Assembly: GCA_963781585.1 (NCBI GenBank)
Contig: CAWAGQ010000011.1
Coordinates: forward strand, 96,001-160,000
DNA length: 64,000 bases
Reading direction: 5' to 3'
Source: an uncultured Gemmatimonadaceae bacterium
GTDB taxonomy: Bacteria; Gemmatimonadota; Gemmatimonadetes; Gemmatimonadales; Gemmatimonadaceae
The position numbers and the translations under genes are program-made. Shown piece after piece: positions 49,849-60,229 of this stretch. The first letter of the stretch is position 1. Each line of letters begins with the position of its first letter. The notes beneath the pieces were generated by a model. The model saw only the letters and a list, made by a program, of their open reading frames with translations. It was not told the origin of the DNA and did no database searches.

Positions 49849-50496
49849 GTGACGAAATCAGCGGCAGCGAATGGGGCATCCGGAACGACCGGCATGGTCG
49901 TGCACTGGGCTGCTCGCTACGACCTCCTGCTCCGGCTGTTGACGCTCGGCAGGGAGCGGGTCTTTCGTGAGAGGCTCCTGGACCTGGCGCAGCTGCAGAC
50001 CGGCGAGTCCGTGCTCGACGTCGGCTGCGGAACAGGAACGCTCGCGATCGCGGCCCGGCGGCGCGTGGGGTCTGCGGGCACGGTGCACGGGATCGACCCA
50101 TCGCCCGAGATGATTGCCAGGGCGACGGGGAAGGCAGCCAGGGCCGCCGTCGATGTCGTGTTCGGAACCGGGGTCGCCGAGTCGCTGCCGTTTGCGGATG
50201 CCCGATTCGATGTCGTCCTGAGCACGGTGATGCTTCATCATCTTCGCGGGAACGCACGCCTGCAGGGTGTGCGCGAAATGCGGCGCGTGCTGCGGCCCGG
50301 AGGCCGACTGCTGGCGGTCGACTTCGCCGGAGTCGGGAGGGGGAGGGGCCTGCTCGCGCATCTGCATCGTCATGGTCGGATCGATGCTCGCGACCTCGTG
50401 GCGCTGGTGCGCGAGGCGGGCCTGCAAGTCGTCGAGAGCGGCGCGGTGGGAACGATGGCCCTGCAGTTCGTGCTCGCCGCGGCTCCGCGCGAGTGA
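49849..50496 (+). CDS. Class I SAM-dependent methyltransferase (UbiE-like)
   Basis: VLDVGCGTG, GIDPSPEM, LPFADARFDVV and RVLRPGG motifs. Confidence 0.9.
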   Translation: MTKSAAANGASGTTGMVVHWAARYDLLLRLLTLGRERVFRERLLDLAQLQTGESVLDVGCGTGTLAIAARRRVGSAGTVHGIDPSPEMIARATGKAARAAVDVVFGTGVAESLPFADARFDVVLSTVMLHHLRGNARLQGVREMRRVLRPGGRLLAVDFAGVGRGRGLLAHLHRHGRIDARDLVALVREAGLQVVESGAVGTMALQFVLAAAPRE

Positions 50497-50524
50497 ACGC
50501 GAGCGTCCCGGCGATCCAACGGTG

Positions 50525-51202
50525 TCAGGTCCCGGGCTCGTCGCTGTCGATTCGCTCTGCTGGCTCACAGGTCTCGCACCACGCGACCATCCGCGACGGC
50601 GAGCTCCCAACCAACGGCTCCGTCCGGCACCCCCGCGCAACATAGAACAACAACGCCTCGCGGTTGCGCGCCTCCACCACCGCTCGGCACTCCCGCACGC
50701 CCTGCGCGCGGAACCAGGCGAGGGCGCCATCGAACAACTCGACCGAGATGCGCCGTCCGGTCTCGCGCACAAACCGGGTACTGCGGAAATCCGGCTCGAC
50801 ACCGAACGAGAGGAGCTCCCCGGCGTTCGGATCGAGCGGGGCTCCGGTCTGTCCGCGCATGAACGCCATGGTCCACAGGATCACGCCCAGCCGGCGCGGA
50901 CTCGCCAGCACCTGCCCGGCGACCAGGGCGCCTAACGCGAGCCAGTGGCGCCGCAGTCCCTCCGACATGAAACGCGCCGGCTGGCTCGTGTACGCGATGA
51001 ATCCTACCGGCGCGCCGTCATGGTACGCCAGATCGCAGCCGATCAGACCGTCCGCGACCAGGGTTGCGTAGTAGAAACGGCTCATGAACCGGAACCCGAG
51101 CCGCGCGATCGGACTGTCCGGGAGCAGTGACGCGTGGAGCCGCGCGGCGTGTTCCGCTCCCTCGCGGTCGCCGGGGGCCAGTCGCTCCACCCCCTGCTTC
51201 AT
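50525..51202 (-). CDS. GNAT-fold acyltransferase
   Basis: VGFIAY, ELLSFGVEPDFR and NREALLFY..RG motifs; ATGA overlap with the ligase gene. Confidence 0.75.
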   Translation of the reverse strand: MKQGVERLAPGDREGAEHAARLHASLLPDSPIARLGFRFMSRFYYATLVADGLIGCDLAYHDGAPVGFIAYTSQPARFMSEGLRRHWLALGALVAGQVLASPRRLGVILWTMAFMRGQTGAPLDPNAGELLSFGVEPDFRSTRFVRETGRRISVELFDGALAWFRAQGVRECRAVVEARNREALLFYVARGCRTEPLVGSSPSRMVAWCETCEPAERIDSDEPGT

Positions 51203-52539
51203 AGCCGGCGGATCTTCTTGAATCGCGCGCTGTGCAGCGCGTCACCCACCACTTCGATCTTCACCGGAACCTTGAACGGCGCCAGTCGCTCGCGACAATA
51301 CCCGCGCACACGCTTGCGCAGCTGCTGGATGTCCTCCGGCTCCTTGAGCGTGAGCCGCGTGGCCACGATCTGCCCGGTGATCGGATTCGACTCCGCATAC
51401 ACGGTCGCGTCGCTCACGTTGTCCAGCTGCAGCAGCACGCTCTCCACCTCCGCCGGATACACCTTGCTGCCGCCGACGTTGATGATCTGCGACTTGCGCC
51501 CGAGGAACCGGACGTACTCGCCGTTGACCTCCACCTGATCCTCGGTATTCAGCCAGCCGTCGGTGTCGATGGGATTCGGCGCGTTGAGATAGCCGAGCAT
51601 CGCCGAGGGAGCTCGGATCCAGAGCGTGCCGTCCACCACCTTCGTCTCGATGCCTTCACCCCCGACCTTCACCCACAGCGAGCCGGAGTCCTGCGACTTT
51701 GTGCGGAGGATCCCGAGTTCGGTGAGTCCGTACGTCTGTTGCAGGCGCGCGTTGGGGAAGGCCTCGTGCACGCGCCGCAGAGTGGTCTCCGGCATCACCT
51801 CCGTGCCGTACGTGATCAGGCGGAGCGATGAGAGGTCGTGTGCGTGATGGGCCTCGGACAGCAGCAGAAGATTCAGAAAGGTCGGTGTGGTGGGCAGCAG
51901 CTCCACACGGTACCGCTCGATCAGCTCGCAGATCTCCTCGGGCGAATGACTCTGGGTGGTGACCGCGGTACCGCCGTTCGACAGGGTGTAGAGCAGCGTG
52001 TTCACCCCGCCGATGTGGTCGAACAACAGGAACGTCAGTGTCGTGAGGCGCTGCCGCGAAACCTTGAACTTCTCCAGCAACCGGCCGAAGTCGTTCAGCA
52101 CCCCCTTGTTCTCGCCGGTGGATCCGGATGAGAACAGCACCAGGCCCGGCGAGTCCTGATCGCGCAGCCGGCGAATCAGCGGATGACCGCCCGGCTCGTC
52201 GCGGGATTCCACGCGCCACCCGCCCTCGTCATCGAACTGGAAGATCTTCTGGACCTCGGCGATGCGCAGGAAACTCTCCCAGTGCGCCCGCACCGATGAA
52301 GTCAGGGGGACGACGATCGCGCGCCGCTGGATGAGAGCCAGCATGAGCGCACAGGTGTCGGGCGAGAAGTCACCCTGGATCGCCACCACCTGTCCCGGTG
52401 CGATCCGCTGCTCGTCGAGGCGCGCGGTCCAGGCCGCGATCGCGTCGACCAGCGCGCCGTATCGCACCGATTGGCCGCGCCAGACGACGGCCACGTGGTC
52501 GCGCCACTGCTCCATGCGCTCCAGGAGCCAGTCCAGCAC
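51199..52539 (-). CDS. ANL-family acyl-CoA / acyl-ACP ligase
   Basis: FSSGSTGENKG, TYGLTE, TED, FLGRKSQIINVGG.KVYP.EVE and FKVP motifs. Confidence 0.9.
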   Translation of the reverse strand: MLDWLLERMEQWRDHVAVVWRGQSVRYGALVDAIAAWTARLDEQRIAPGQVVAIQGDFSPDTCALMLALIQRRAIVVPLTSSVRAHWESFLRIAEVQKIFQFDDEGGWRVESRDEPGGHPLIRRLRDQDSPGLVLFSSGSTGENKGVLNDFGRLLEKFKVSRQRLTTLTFLLFDHIGGVNTLLYTLSNGGTAVTTQSHSPEEICELIERYRVELLPTTPTFLNLLLLSEAHHAHDLSSLRLITYGTEVMPETTLRRVHEAFPNARLQQTYGLTELGILRTKSQDSGSLWVKVGGEGIETKVVDGTLWIRAPSAMLGYLNAPNPIDTDGWLNTEDQVEVNGEYVRFLGRKSQIINVGGSKVYPAEVESVLLQLDNVSDATVYAESNPITGQIVATRLTLKEPEDIQQLRKRVRGYCRERLAPFKVPVKIEVVGDALHSARFKKIRRL

Positions 52540-52540
52540 C

Positions 52541-53242
52541 TCAGGCGCCTCCGAGATAGATGATCTGTCCGGTGATGAAATCACTCGCCGGATCCACGAA
52601 GAAGTCCACCACGTGCGCCACATCCTCGTACCGGCCTGTCCGGCGCACCGGCAGTTGCGCCATGATGCGCTGGATCTTCTCGGACGGCACGCCGCGGATC
52701 AGATCGGTGTCGATCGGTGTCGGCGCCACCACGTTGCAGGTGATGCCCCAATCGGCGAGCTCGCGCGCGAGCACTTCGGTGAATGTCACCACCGCGCTCT
52801 TGGACGCCGCATACACCGCTTCGCCCGCCAGCCGCATCGGCGAGGCAATCGAGCCGAGGTTGACGATCCGGCCCCGCTTGCGCGGGCGCATCAGCTTGGC
52901 GGCCTCCCGGCAGATGAGAAACGTGCCGAGAAAGTTGGTGGCCATGATCTGTTCGGCCGACGAGAGCGGCGTGAGAAGCACGTGATTCATCGACGCGATG
53001 CCGGCGTTGTTGATCACCACGTCGAGCCGCCGGTGGCGCGACCCAATGGATACCATCATCGCCCGGACATCCTCCTCGTTGGTGACGTCCACGAGGTGAT
53101 GCGTGTAACGGTCGCCGGTCAGATCCGACGCCTGGCGGCTGCATCCCTCGACGATCGCCCCCTTCCCGAGGAAGTGCTCCGCGAGGTGACGCCCGATCCC
53201 CTTCCGCGCGCCGGTGATCAGAACGACGTCAGCGACCGCCAT
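52541..53242 (-). CDS. SDR oxidoreductase (FabG-like)
   Basis: TGARKGIG, NNAG and YAASK motifs. Confidence 0.92.
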   Translation of the reverse strand: MAVADVVLITGARKGIGRHLAEHFLGKGAIVEGCSRQASDLTGDRYTHHLVDVTNEEDVRAMMVSIGSRHRRLDVVINNAGIASMNHVLLTPLSSAEQIMATNFLGTFLICREAAKLMRPRKRGRIVNLGSIASPMRLAGEAVYAASKSAVVTFTEVLARELADWGITCNVVAPTPIDTDLIRGVPSEKIQRIMAQLPVRRTGRYEDVAHVVDFFVDPASDFITGQIIYLGGA

Positions 53243-53543
53243 GCGCGCCCGCCTCGTCGATCAGGGTCGCGACGTAGTCGGAGAAGGTGCCCACGGTGCG
53301 AAACGGGCTCTTCGCCTGCGACATTGCGCGTTCGTCCGCCAGAGTGACGTGTACCTCGTGCGCCTCGGCCAGCCGCTGTTCCACTTCCAGGATGAGACGT
53401 ACCAGTCCCAGCGAGTCGAGTACCGCGGCCCGCCCGAGCAGGCGGGTTTCATCGGTAAGGGGATCGGCCGGCAGCGCGTCCTGTTCCTCCAGCACGTCGT
53501 GCAGACATGCTGCCACCAGATCCCTGATTCCCGTTCTGTCCAT
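53229..53543 (-). CDS. Acyl carrier protein
   Basis: About 104 aa, acidic, with LDSLGLV phosphopantetheine site and SPFRTV; GAGGAG RBS. Confidence 0.85.
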   Translation of the reverse strand: MDRTGIRDLVAACLHDVLEEQDALPADPLTDETRLLGRAAVLDSLGLVRLILEVEQRLAEAHEVHVTLADERAMSQAKSPFRTVGTFSDYVATLIDEAGAHGGR

Positions 53544-53551
53544 GGCTCCTC

Positions 53552-54487
53552 TCAGATCGTCGGTACTCCCGCAGACGCCAGTTCCTGCAGCAACGATGCC
53601 GTGGTGGTGAGTCGGAAGTGCTGCCGGGTGAGGTCGAGCATCTCCTGGCACCTCCGCCGTTTCGCCTCCCCCGGCGTCCCCGAGAGCGTGAACAGTCGCA
53701 TCTTCCACCCGGGCAGACGATCGGCGGGGAGGGGGTCGGCGAGGTCGATGAGGTGAAACAGCAGAACCAGCGGGCGGCCACGCCGGGCGGCGCGGCCCAG
53801 TCCCCAGCGAAAATACGGCATTCCCAGAAGGAGGCCGTACGACGGGTTGAACGGCACCGGCGACGGGCGGTGGTCCGGCAACGGAAGCTCGACCAGGGTG
53901 CTGCCCGCCACCGGCCGGTGCGGCCTGGCCAGCAGGTCCACCGGCACGCCGATCCGTCGGGAGAACGCGCGCGTCGGGAAGACCGACGAATCGTACTCGT
54001 AGCCGCACTCCGCCAGCAGCTCCAGCGATTCGCGATCGATCCGATACCCCGGCGCTCGAAAGCCGCGCACCCGCACGCCTAACGCGTTCTCGATCTGGTC
54101 GCGACTGGCCGCGATCTCCATTCGCTTGTCTTCGCGTCCCAGCCCGGTAAGGTAGGAGTGGGTCCGGGTGTGAGACGCGATCTCATGGCCGGCCCGGACC
54201 GCCGACGCCAGCAGTTCCCGGTGTACCGGCCTCTCCACCGACGACGTGATCGCGAACAGCGTGGCCCGAATGCGGTTGCGGTCCAGGAATTCCAGGAGGT
54301 GTCGCATCCCGCTTTCGAAGATCGGATCGCTGCCTCCGTCGAACGGATTGGGCACGCCATGGCCGCGGAAGATCTCCGCGGCGCCGTCGAGATCGACGTG
54401 GACCACCGCCGGAACCTCACTGCCGGGCCGTCCCGGCACCCCGGAATGATCCACTCGAGGCCGGGATGCCGACACCGCATCCGTCAC
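53552..54487 (-). CDS. Polysaccharide deacetylase (CE4/NodB fold)
   Basis: HVDLD, ATLF, HEIASHT..H, GFRAPGY, YDSS and LFH motifs; GTGA overlap with the upstream stop. Confidence 0.88.
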   Translation of the reverse strand: MTDAVSASRPRVDHSGVPGRPGSEVPAVVHVDLDGAAEIFRGHGVPNPFDGGSDPIFESGMRHLLEFLDRNRIRATLFAITSSVERPVHRELLASAVRAGHEIASHTRTHSYLTGLGREDKRMEIAASRDQIENALGVRVRGFRAPGYRIDRESLELLAECGYEYDSSVFPTRAFSRRIGVPVDLLARPHRPVAGSTLVELPLPDHRPSPVPFNPSYGLLLGMPYFRWGLGRAARRGRPLVLLFHLIDLADPLPADRLPGWKMRLFTLSGTPGEAKRRRCQEMLDLTRQHFRLTTTASLLQELASAGVPTI

Positions 54488-56397
54488 CGGACGGCCGCGA
54501 ACCCGGTGAGCGAATCGAGCAGCGCGTGCAGCCTGGCGGCTACCACCCGGCCGCTGTCGGTGGCCGCGAGGTTGTGTTGCTCGAGGGAATCGTGCTCGAA
54601 GTCGAACAGCTCGGCGTCTCCGTCGCGGCGGAAAACATACCGCCAGGGACCTTCGATGATGGCGTGAATGGGACCCGAGCTCACCGGATACCACGCCTGC
54701 ACATTCGCCGCGAAGTTCAGCTCGCTCAAGACCGGGCTGCCTGGCGAGGGTCGCGGTCGTTCCCCGCCGGGTGTCGCGGCGCCTGACGTCGCGACCGTTC
54801 CGGCGGAATCGCCGCCTTCGCGCCAGAGTCCGGCCAGCGAGCGTCCGGGGAAGGTCGTGTCGGCGCTGGCGCCGATCAGGTCGAGCACCGTACGCCCGAT
54901 CGCGCGAGTCGACACCGGGGTGGTGATCCGCCGATCCGAGGGAACCCGCGGACCGACGATAACGAGCGGCACCATCACGCTCGGTCGATACAGGCTGTTG
55001 CCGTGGCCGATGACGCCGTGCTCCCCGAACTCCTCGCCGTGGTCGGCGGTCACTACGACGATGGTGTTGGCAAGCGCCCCACGGCGATCCAGATCGTCGA
55101 ACAGATGGCCGAGCTCCGCATCGATGTACGCAATCGCTGCGTCGTAGGCATCGCGGCTCCCCCGCATTTCGGATGCGGTCCATGGCTGCCCCGGCTGGTG
55201 CCGGGGCTGCAGGTCGGAGAGAAATGGAATGCCGGGAGTGGAGAATCGCGCCTGGAACTGCGCCGGGCTCGTATACGGACGATGCGCGTCATAGAAGTTC
55301 AGGAAGGCGAAGAAGGGTCGCTGCGCCGCCTGCGCATCGCGGCCGTCGAGCCACGACACGAACAACTCGCGAATACTCTCCGCGTCACGTTCCTTCTCTT
55401 CCGTATCGAGCGACTGTCCCTGGAGGAGCCACTTGCCCAGTTGCCGCACGTGTCCGAGGAGCCCGGTCCGCAGGATGCGAGCCACCGAAACGTCGTAGCC
55501 CACGTAGTGCGCAAAGCCGCGCGCCAGTCCCGTCTCGGGCGAACAGTAGCGCACGTTGCCGACGAATCCGCCCGTGACGTAGCCACGAGCGCTCAGCGCT
55601 TCGGCCAGAGTGGGGAATTCGTCGTCGAGCGGGCGCTTCCAGTCTGCCGACAGCTCGTGAGGCCACCGACCGGTGAACATGCTTGCGTGCGACGGGAGCG
55701 TCCACGGCGCCGGCGATACGGCGCGCTCGAAGAGCACTCCACGCTGCGCCAGTCGCGACAGGGCCGGCGAGGTCGGACGCGGATACCCGTACAGGCCGAG
55801 GTCCCAGGCTCGAACCGTGTCGAGAATGATCAGCAGCACGTTTGGCGCGCCGGCCGCGCTCCCGCCCAGGCGTTCGATGTCGCGGCGCTCGCGCCAGCGC
55901 CGGCTGCCGGGCACCAGCACGACCGCGAGGATCGCCATCGCAATGGCCGGGATCAGCGTGATGCGGAGCAGGCGCATGAACGTCTGCTGATGTGCCTGGG
56001 CCCAGCGCGCGCCCTGGATCCCCGCGCCGGTCGCCAGCACGATCGATGCCGCCCAGTGAAGACGGGGCAACAACAGCAGCGGGTTGAGAATGCACAGCGC
56101 GAACTCGATTCCCAGCAGCACCGGCCAGTAGAATCGAGAGGGGCGCACGCGGCTGGCGATGGCGAACACCACCGCCGGCACCAGGAGTGCGAGCACCGCC
56201 GCGGCCGGCTCGATCCAGACCGCATCGATGGGCGTGAAGACCAGCCCCAGACGTTCCTTCCGCACAGCGAAGATGAGCAGTCTGGCGGCGGCTGCGATGA
56301 GACCGCACCACAGCGCGAGAGCGAGATACCAGCCTGGCCGGTCGCGTTGCGTGCCGCGCGCGAACGGCTGCACGCCTGCGCTCTCGGACGAATTCAT
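54484..56397 (-). CDS. Membrane-anchored sulfatase-like hydrolase/transferase (paralogue of 62-1885)
   Basis: N-terminal TM helices, then PNVLLIILDTVRA, PAPWTLPSHASMFTG, FYDAHRPY and TADHGEEFGEHGVIGH. Confidence 0.87.
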   Translation of the reverse strand: MNSSESAGVQPFARGTQRDRPGWYLALALWCGLIAAAARLLIFAVRKERLGLVFTPIDAVWIEPAAAVLALLVPAVVFAIASRVRPSRFYWPVLLGIEFALCILNPLLLLPRLHWAASIVLATGAGIQGARWAQAHQQTFMRLLRITLIPAIAMAILAVVLVPGSRRWRERRDIERLGGSAAGAPNVLLIILDTVRAWDLGLYGYPRPTSPALSRLAQRGVLFERAVSPAPWTLPSHASMFTGRWPHELSADWKRPLDDEFPTLAEALSARGYVTGGFVGNVRYCSPETGLARGFAHYVGYDVSVARILRTGLLGHVRQLGKWLLQGQSLDTEEKERDAESIRELFVSWLDGRDAQAAQRPFFAFLNFYDAHRPYTSPAQFQARFSTPGIPFLSDLQPRHQPGQPWTASEMRGSRDAYDAAIAYIDAELGHLFDDLDRRGALANTIVVVTADHGEEFGEHGVIGHGNSLYRPSVMVPLVIVGPRVPSDRRITTPVSTRAIGRTVLDLIGASADTTFPGRSLAGLWREGGDSAGTVATSGAATPGGERPRPSPGSPVLSELNFAANVQAWYPVSSGPIHAIIEGPWRYVFRRDGDAELFDFEHDSLEQHNLAATDSGRVVAARLHALLDSLTGFAAVR

Positions 56398-56496
56398 CGA
56401 TTGCTGGTGGAGCCGTGTCGCACCACGGCGGGCCTCTCGGGAGTACAGGAACGCTCAGTACGGTAAGCAATCGCTGGCGCGTTGGATACTGCCGGA

Positions 56497-56780
56497 CTAC
56501 CCAGCGCGCTTCCCGGATGGTGGCGGCTGCAGCCGGGTGAGCACGTCCAGCATCCCCGGAGACAGATCGGTGTGGTGATGGGTCATCTTCCACCCTCCGG
56601 CTTCCCGCTTGTACACATTCGTCACGCGATGCTCGATGGAGAGCCGATGCCCGGCGAGCGTGAACTGTGCGGCCTCGACGCCGATTTCGTACGCCATGTC
56701 GCCGGTGACATCGATGAGCTGATCCTTCAGCTGGATCTTTCCGTCCGACGCCAGTTGAGCGACCTGGTCGAACGATGCCT
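56497..56780 (-). pseudogene. YybH/SnoaL-like (NTF2-fold) protein, 5'-truncated
   Basis: GDMAYEIGVE...RVTNVYKREAGGWKMTHHHTD; the upstream part of the ORF does not look family-like. Confidence 0.6.
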
Positions 56781-57003
56781 TGCCGGCTCGATCGCCGCTC
56801 TGGGGACTGGCTGCTCCAGGAGGCGGCGCTACCAATCCACCACAGTTCGTCAGGGATCGACGGACACGTAAATGGACCGCCCCTGCACCACGCGTCACCG
56901 GGCGAAACGGCGGCGGGTTGCCGACCGTTGTAGATACGCAGACCACCGAGGCCCGAATCCCGTTTCCCACCCGGGCTCCGACAACGTGCTGACGGGAGAA
57001 CGC

Positions 57004-59421
57004 ATGCCCGACTTGCGCTTCAGCATCCGAATGGCCGTGCGTGCCCTGCGTGCCGCACCGCTGGTTTCACTGCTCGCCATCTTCTGCATCGGACTGGGCA
57101 TCGGCGCGGTCACCACGGTCTACAGCACCGCGTCCGCGTTCACGTTTCATCCGTTGCCACAGCTCGCCGACCCGGACCGACTGCTCATCGTGGGCGACGC
57201 TCCGGCCAAGTCGCCCACCGCCAACTCGACGATCGCCGCAGGCACGTTCACGGACCTGGCGTCGCTCGGGGAATTCACCGTCGTCGCCGCGCTGACCGAC
57301 TTCACCGCCAACATCGCCGGTGACGATCTTCCTGAGCGCGCCAGCGGAGTGCGGGTCAGCGCCGGCTTCTTCCGACTGACCGGTCGCTTGCCGATGCTCG
57401 GACGCGCCTTCCTCCCGGAAGAGAACGAGCCGGGGGCCGATCGCGTCGTGATCCTCTCGCACGGCCTCTGGCAGCGCCGCTTCGGGGGCGACCCCGCCAT
57501 CGTGGATCGCACCGTCCGCATCAACGGCGAAGCCTGGAAGGTCGTCGGAGTGATGCCCGAAGACTTCGTCTTCCCAGCCGGCACGCAGCTCTGGGTCCCG
57601 CTCGCGCTCTCGCCGGTGGAGGCGGCCGATCGCGGAGACCGGAACCTCTTCACGATGGGTCGGCTCGCTGCCGGTGTGAGCGAAGAGGGCGCCGCGCTGG
57701 CAGTCCGCTCCCTCGGCTCGCGTCTGGCCGCGACCTGGCCCGACGCGTACAAGGACCGCGTCCTCTCCGCGCAACGCGCCGAAGCGATCTTCGGTGAAGG
57801 ACCGCGTCCGTTCATGATGGTGCTGATCGGTGCGGTGGTGTTCCAGTTGCTGATCGCGTGCGCCAACGTCGCGAACCTGCTGCTGGCGCGCGCTACGGGC
57901 CGGCGGCGCGAAACGGGTGTGCGGATCGCCCTCGGCGCGTCTCGCGGCCGACTGGTGGGACAACACCTCACCGAGAGCCTGCTGCTCGCACTGGCCGGCG
58001 GCGCCCTCGGAGTGCTGCTGGCCTGGTGGGGCGTCAGGGCCACCGCGGCGACGGTGCCCGTCGAAGTGCAGCAGTACATCCCGGGATTCGGTGCGATCCA
58101 CCTGGATGCGCGCGCCCTGGTGGTGGCGGCCACGGTGTCCATGTTGTCCGGCGTTCTGTTCGGGATCGTCCCGGCGCTGGCCGGCTCCAACGTCGACGTG
58201 GTCGCGTCCCTCAAGGATGGGGGACGCGGTGAGTCGCGCCGCTCCGCGCTGCGGCGGCTCCGGTCGAGCCTGGTGGTGGGAGAGATCGCGATGGCGCTGA
58301 TCCTGGTCGCCGGCGCCGCCCTCATGGTATCCACGTTTCGCCGGTTGTCGGTGGCCTACCCGGGTTTCCGCACCGAGCATGTTCTCACCGCCGCGGTGAC
58401 GCTTCCACAACGCGACTATCCTGACGACAGCGCAGTCGTGCGGTTCTGGGATCGCCTGCGTGTTGCGACCGCATCGCTCCCCGGTGTGGAAGCGGCCGAA
58501 CTGACTACCGTCCTGCCGATGTCCTGGAATGACCAGCGGGCGCAGTTCTACGTCGAGCACGAGCGCCCCCAGCGGTTGGAGGACGTTCCGTCATCCGGCA
58601 TCCGGCGCGTGTCGGCGGGCTTCCTCCGGGCTCTCGACGTAACCCTGGTTCACGGCCGACTGTTCGAGTCCACTGATGCGCAGGATGCCCCGGGTGTCGC
58701 GATTCTCTCGGAGCGGGCGGCGAGACGCTACTTTCCCGGCGGCGACGCCGTGGGCCGGCGGCTGGTGTGGCGCGAGCGGCCGTTGGAAGTGGTTGGCATC
58801 GTGCACGACGTGCGCGCCAACCCGCTCATGTCCAAGGAGCCGCTCGACGTCGTGTACGTGCCGCTGGCGCAGTGGGTATCCCGCACCGCGTCCCTTGTCA
58901 TTCGTTCCCGGCAGGAGCCTGCTTCGCTCGCCCCTGCGCTTCAGGCGGCCATCGGTCGGCTCGATCCACGGCTCGCGGCCGGCGATGTCGCTCCCATGGA
59001 GCGCGTGATCGCCTCGGCAACGTCCCCGCAGTCCGCAACGGCGCGGATGCTGATGACGTCGGCGCTCATTGCCCTCGTCATGGCGGCGGTCGGAACCTAC
59101 GGCGTGATGTCGTACGTCGTGGGACGCCGCGCTCACGAAATGGGAATCCGGGTGGCCCTCGGCGCCACGCACGGCAGCGTGGTCCGTCTGGTTGTCGGCA
59201 GCGTCGCGCGCCTTACCGGGGTTGGGGTGGTGTTCGGCCTGCTGGGGTCGCTGGCGCTCGGTCGCGGGATGCAGGCCATTCTGTTCGATACCAGCCCGTC
59301 AGACCCACTGGTGCTCAGCGGCGCCGCGCTGCTGCTCGGGATGATCGCGGTTTCCGCGGGGTACTTTCCCGCCCGTCGCGCCGCCACGGTCAACCCGCTG
59401 GTCGCGCTGCGCGGCGATTGA
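57004..59421 (+). CDS. ADOP / duplicated MacB-FtsX ABC transporter permease
   Basis: LGIGAVT, LWQRRFGGDP, LLIACANVANLLLAR, RIALGASR and EMGIRVALGA motifs. Confidence 0.93.
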   Translation: MPDLRFSIRMAVRALRAAPLVSLLAIFCIGLGIGAVTTVYSTASAFTFHPLPQLADPDRLLIVGDAPAKSPTANSTIAAGTFTDLASLGEFTVVAALTDFTANIAGDDLPERASGVRVSAGFFRLTGRLPMLGRAFLPEENEPGADRVVILSHGLWQRRFGGDPAIVDRTVRINGEAWKVVGVMPEDFVFPAGTQLWVPLALSPVEAADRGDRNLFTMGRLAAGVSEEGAALAVRSLGSRLAATWPDAYKDRVLSAQRAEAIFGEGPRPFMMVLIGAVVFQLLIACANVANLLLARATGRRRETGVRIALGASRGRLVGQHLTESLLLALAGGALGVLLAWWGVRATAATVPVEVQQYIPGFGAIHLDARALVVAATVSMLSGVLFGIVPALAGSNVDVVASLKDGGRGESRRSALRRLRSSLVVGEIAMALILVAGAALMVSTFRRLSVAYPGFRTEHVLTAAVTLPQRDYPDDSAVVRFWDRLRVATASLPGVEAAELTTVLPMSWNDQRAQFYVEHERPQRLEDVPSSGIRRVSAGFLRALDVTLVHGRLFESTDAQDAPGVAILSERAARRYFPGGDAVGRRLVWRERPLEVVGIVHDVRANPLMSKEPLDVVYVPLAQWVSRTASLVIRSRQEPASLAPALQAAIGRLDPRLAAGDVAPMERVIASATSPQSATARMLMTSALIALVMAAVGTYGVMSYVVGRRAHEMGIRVALGATHGSVVRLVVGSVARLTGVGVVFGLLGSLALGRGMQAILFDTSPSDPLVLSGAALLLGMIAVSAGYFPARRAATVNPLVALRGD

Positions 59422-59634
59422 GTGATCGGCTCGGCTCGGCTCATGCTCTCGCTTCGCGGTGGCCGTCCCTCGATTTGGTGAGCGCCACGACGGAGCTGGT
59501 CCGCGAAGGAAAGGTCCGCTTCCGGCGAGGCGATGATGGCGATGCTGGACCGGTAGCCCGCGCTGCAGGCGCGGTGATGCCCGCAGATGCCTAACGCCTA
59601 TTTTGTGGTTTTTTTTGTGGCGGCGGCTTCGCGG

Positions 59635-60012
59635 TCACTCCTTGTTCGGCGGCGTCATGAGGATGACGCCCTTCCCGCCATCAGGATCCAGGCAGTCCCC
59701 CTGGTAGCTCCGGTCCTGGCGCAGCATGAGCGTGCAGTTCACGACCGGACCCGGCGTGAACTTGAAAGTGATCCGATCCGCCAGGATTCTGATATCGCTC
59801 AGCAGCTGCGAGCCCATCGGTCCGGCGTTCATCGTGATCTTCGTCGAGTCGCCGCTGGCCGCCACGTCGAACGTGACCTGGAGCACCGCGCCGTTCGGCG
59901 GCGTCACCGTACCGGTCCACTGGCCGGTCTCGAGCTTCTGCGCCGCGACCGCTGCAGGCGCGAGCAGCAGGATCACGCACGGCAGCAGGAACGACTTCGA
60001 TCGACGGGGCAT
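59635..60012 (-). CDS. Hypothetical exported beta-rich protein
   Basis: AGGAG RBS, signal peptide, GQWTG motif and two Cys. Confidence 0.7.
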   Translation of the reverse strand: MPRRSKSFLLPCVILLLAPAAVAAQKLETGQWTGTVTPPNGAVLQVTFDVAASGDSTKITMNAGPMGSQLLSDIRILADRITFKFTPGPVVNCTLMLRQDRSYQGDCLDPDGGKGVILMTPPNKE

Positions 60013-60229
60013 GTCGGTCTCCTGGAGGGGGGTGTCCAGCGTAAGCGATGGCTCAACGACCCGGGCAATCGGGTCTTCGGCAGCCCGGAGGGTGTGGTCA
60101 TGTCGGCATTTGTGTTGCGACGATCTCCATCGTCCGGAGTTTCCGGCCGGCGGAATGACAAAGCGTCAGGAGGGCAGCTTCGGCCGGTCGAGACGGACGA
60201 CGCGAATGTGGCTGGACCAGCAGTCTGTC

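Noticed and set aside
60075..60170. Cyclic-dinucleotide (GEMM) riboswitch upstream of 59635-60012
   Set aside because: Only a CCGGGCTGCCGAA 3'-like stretch; the GGCAAA/GAAA/GACGCAAA core is not recognisable.
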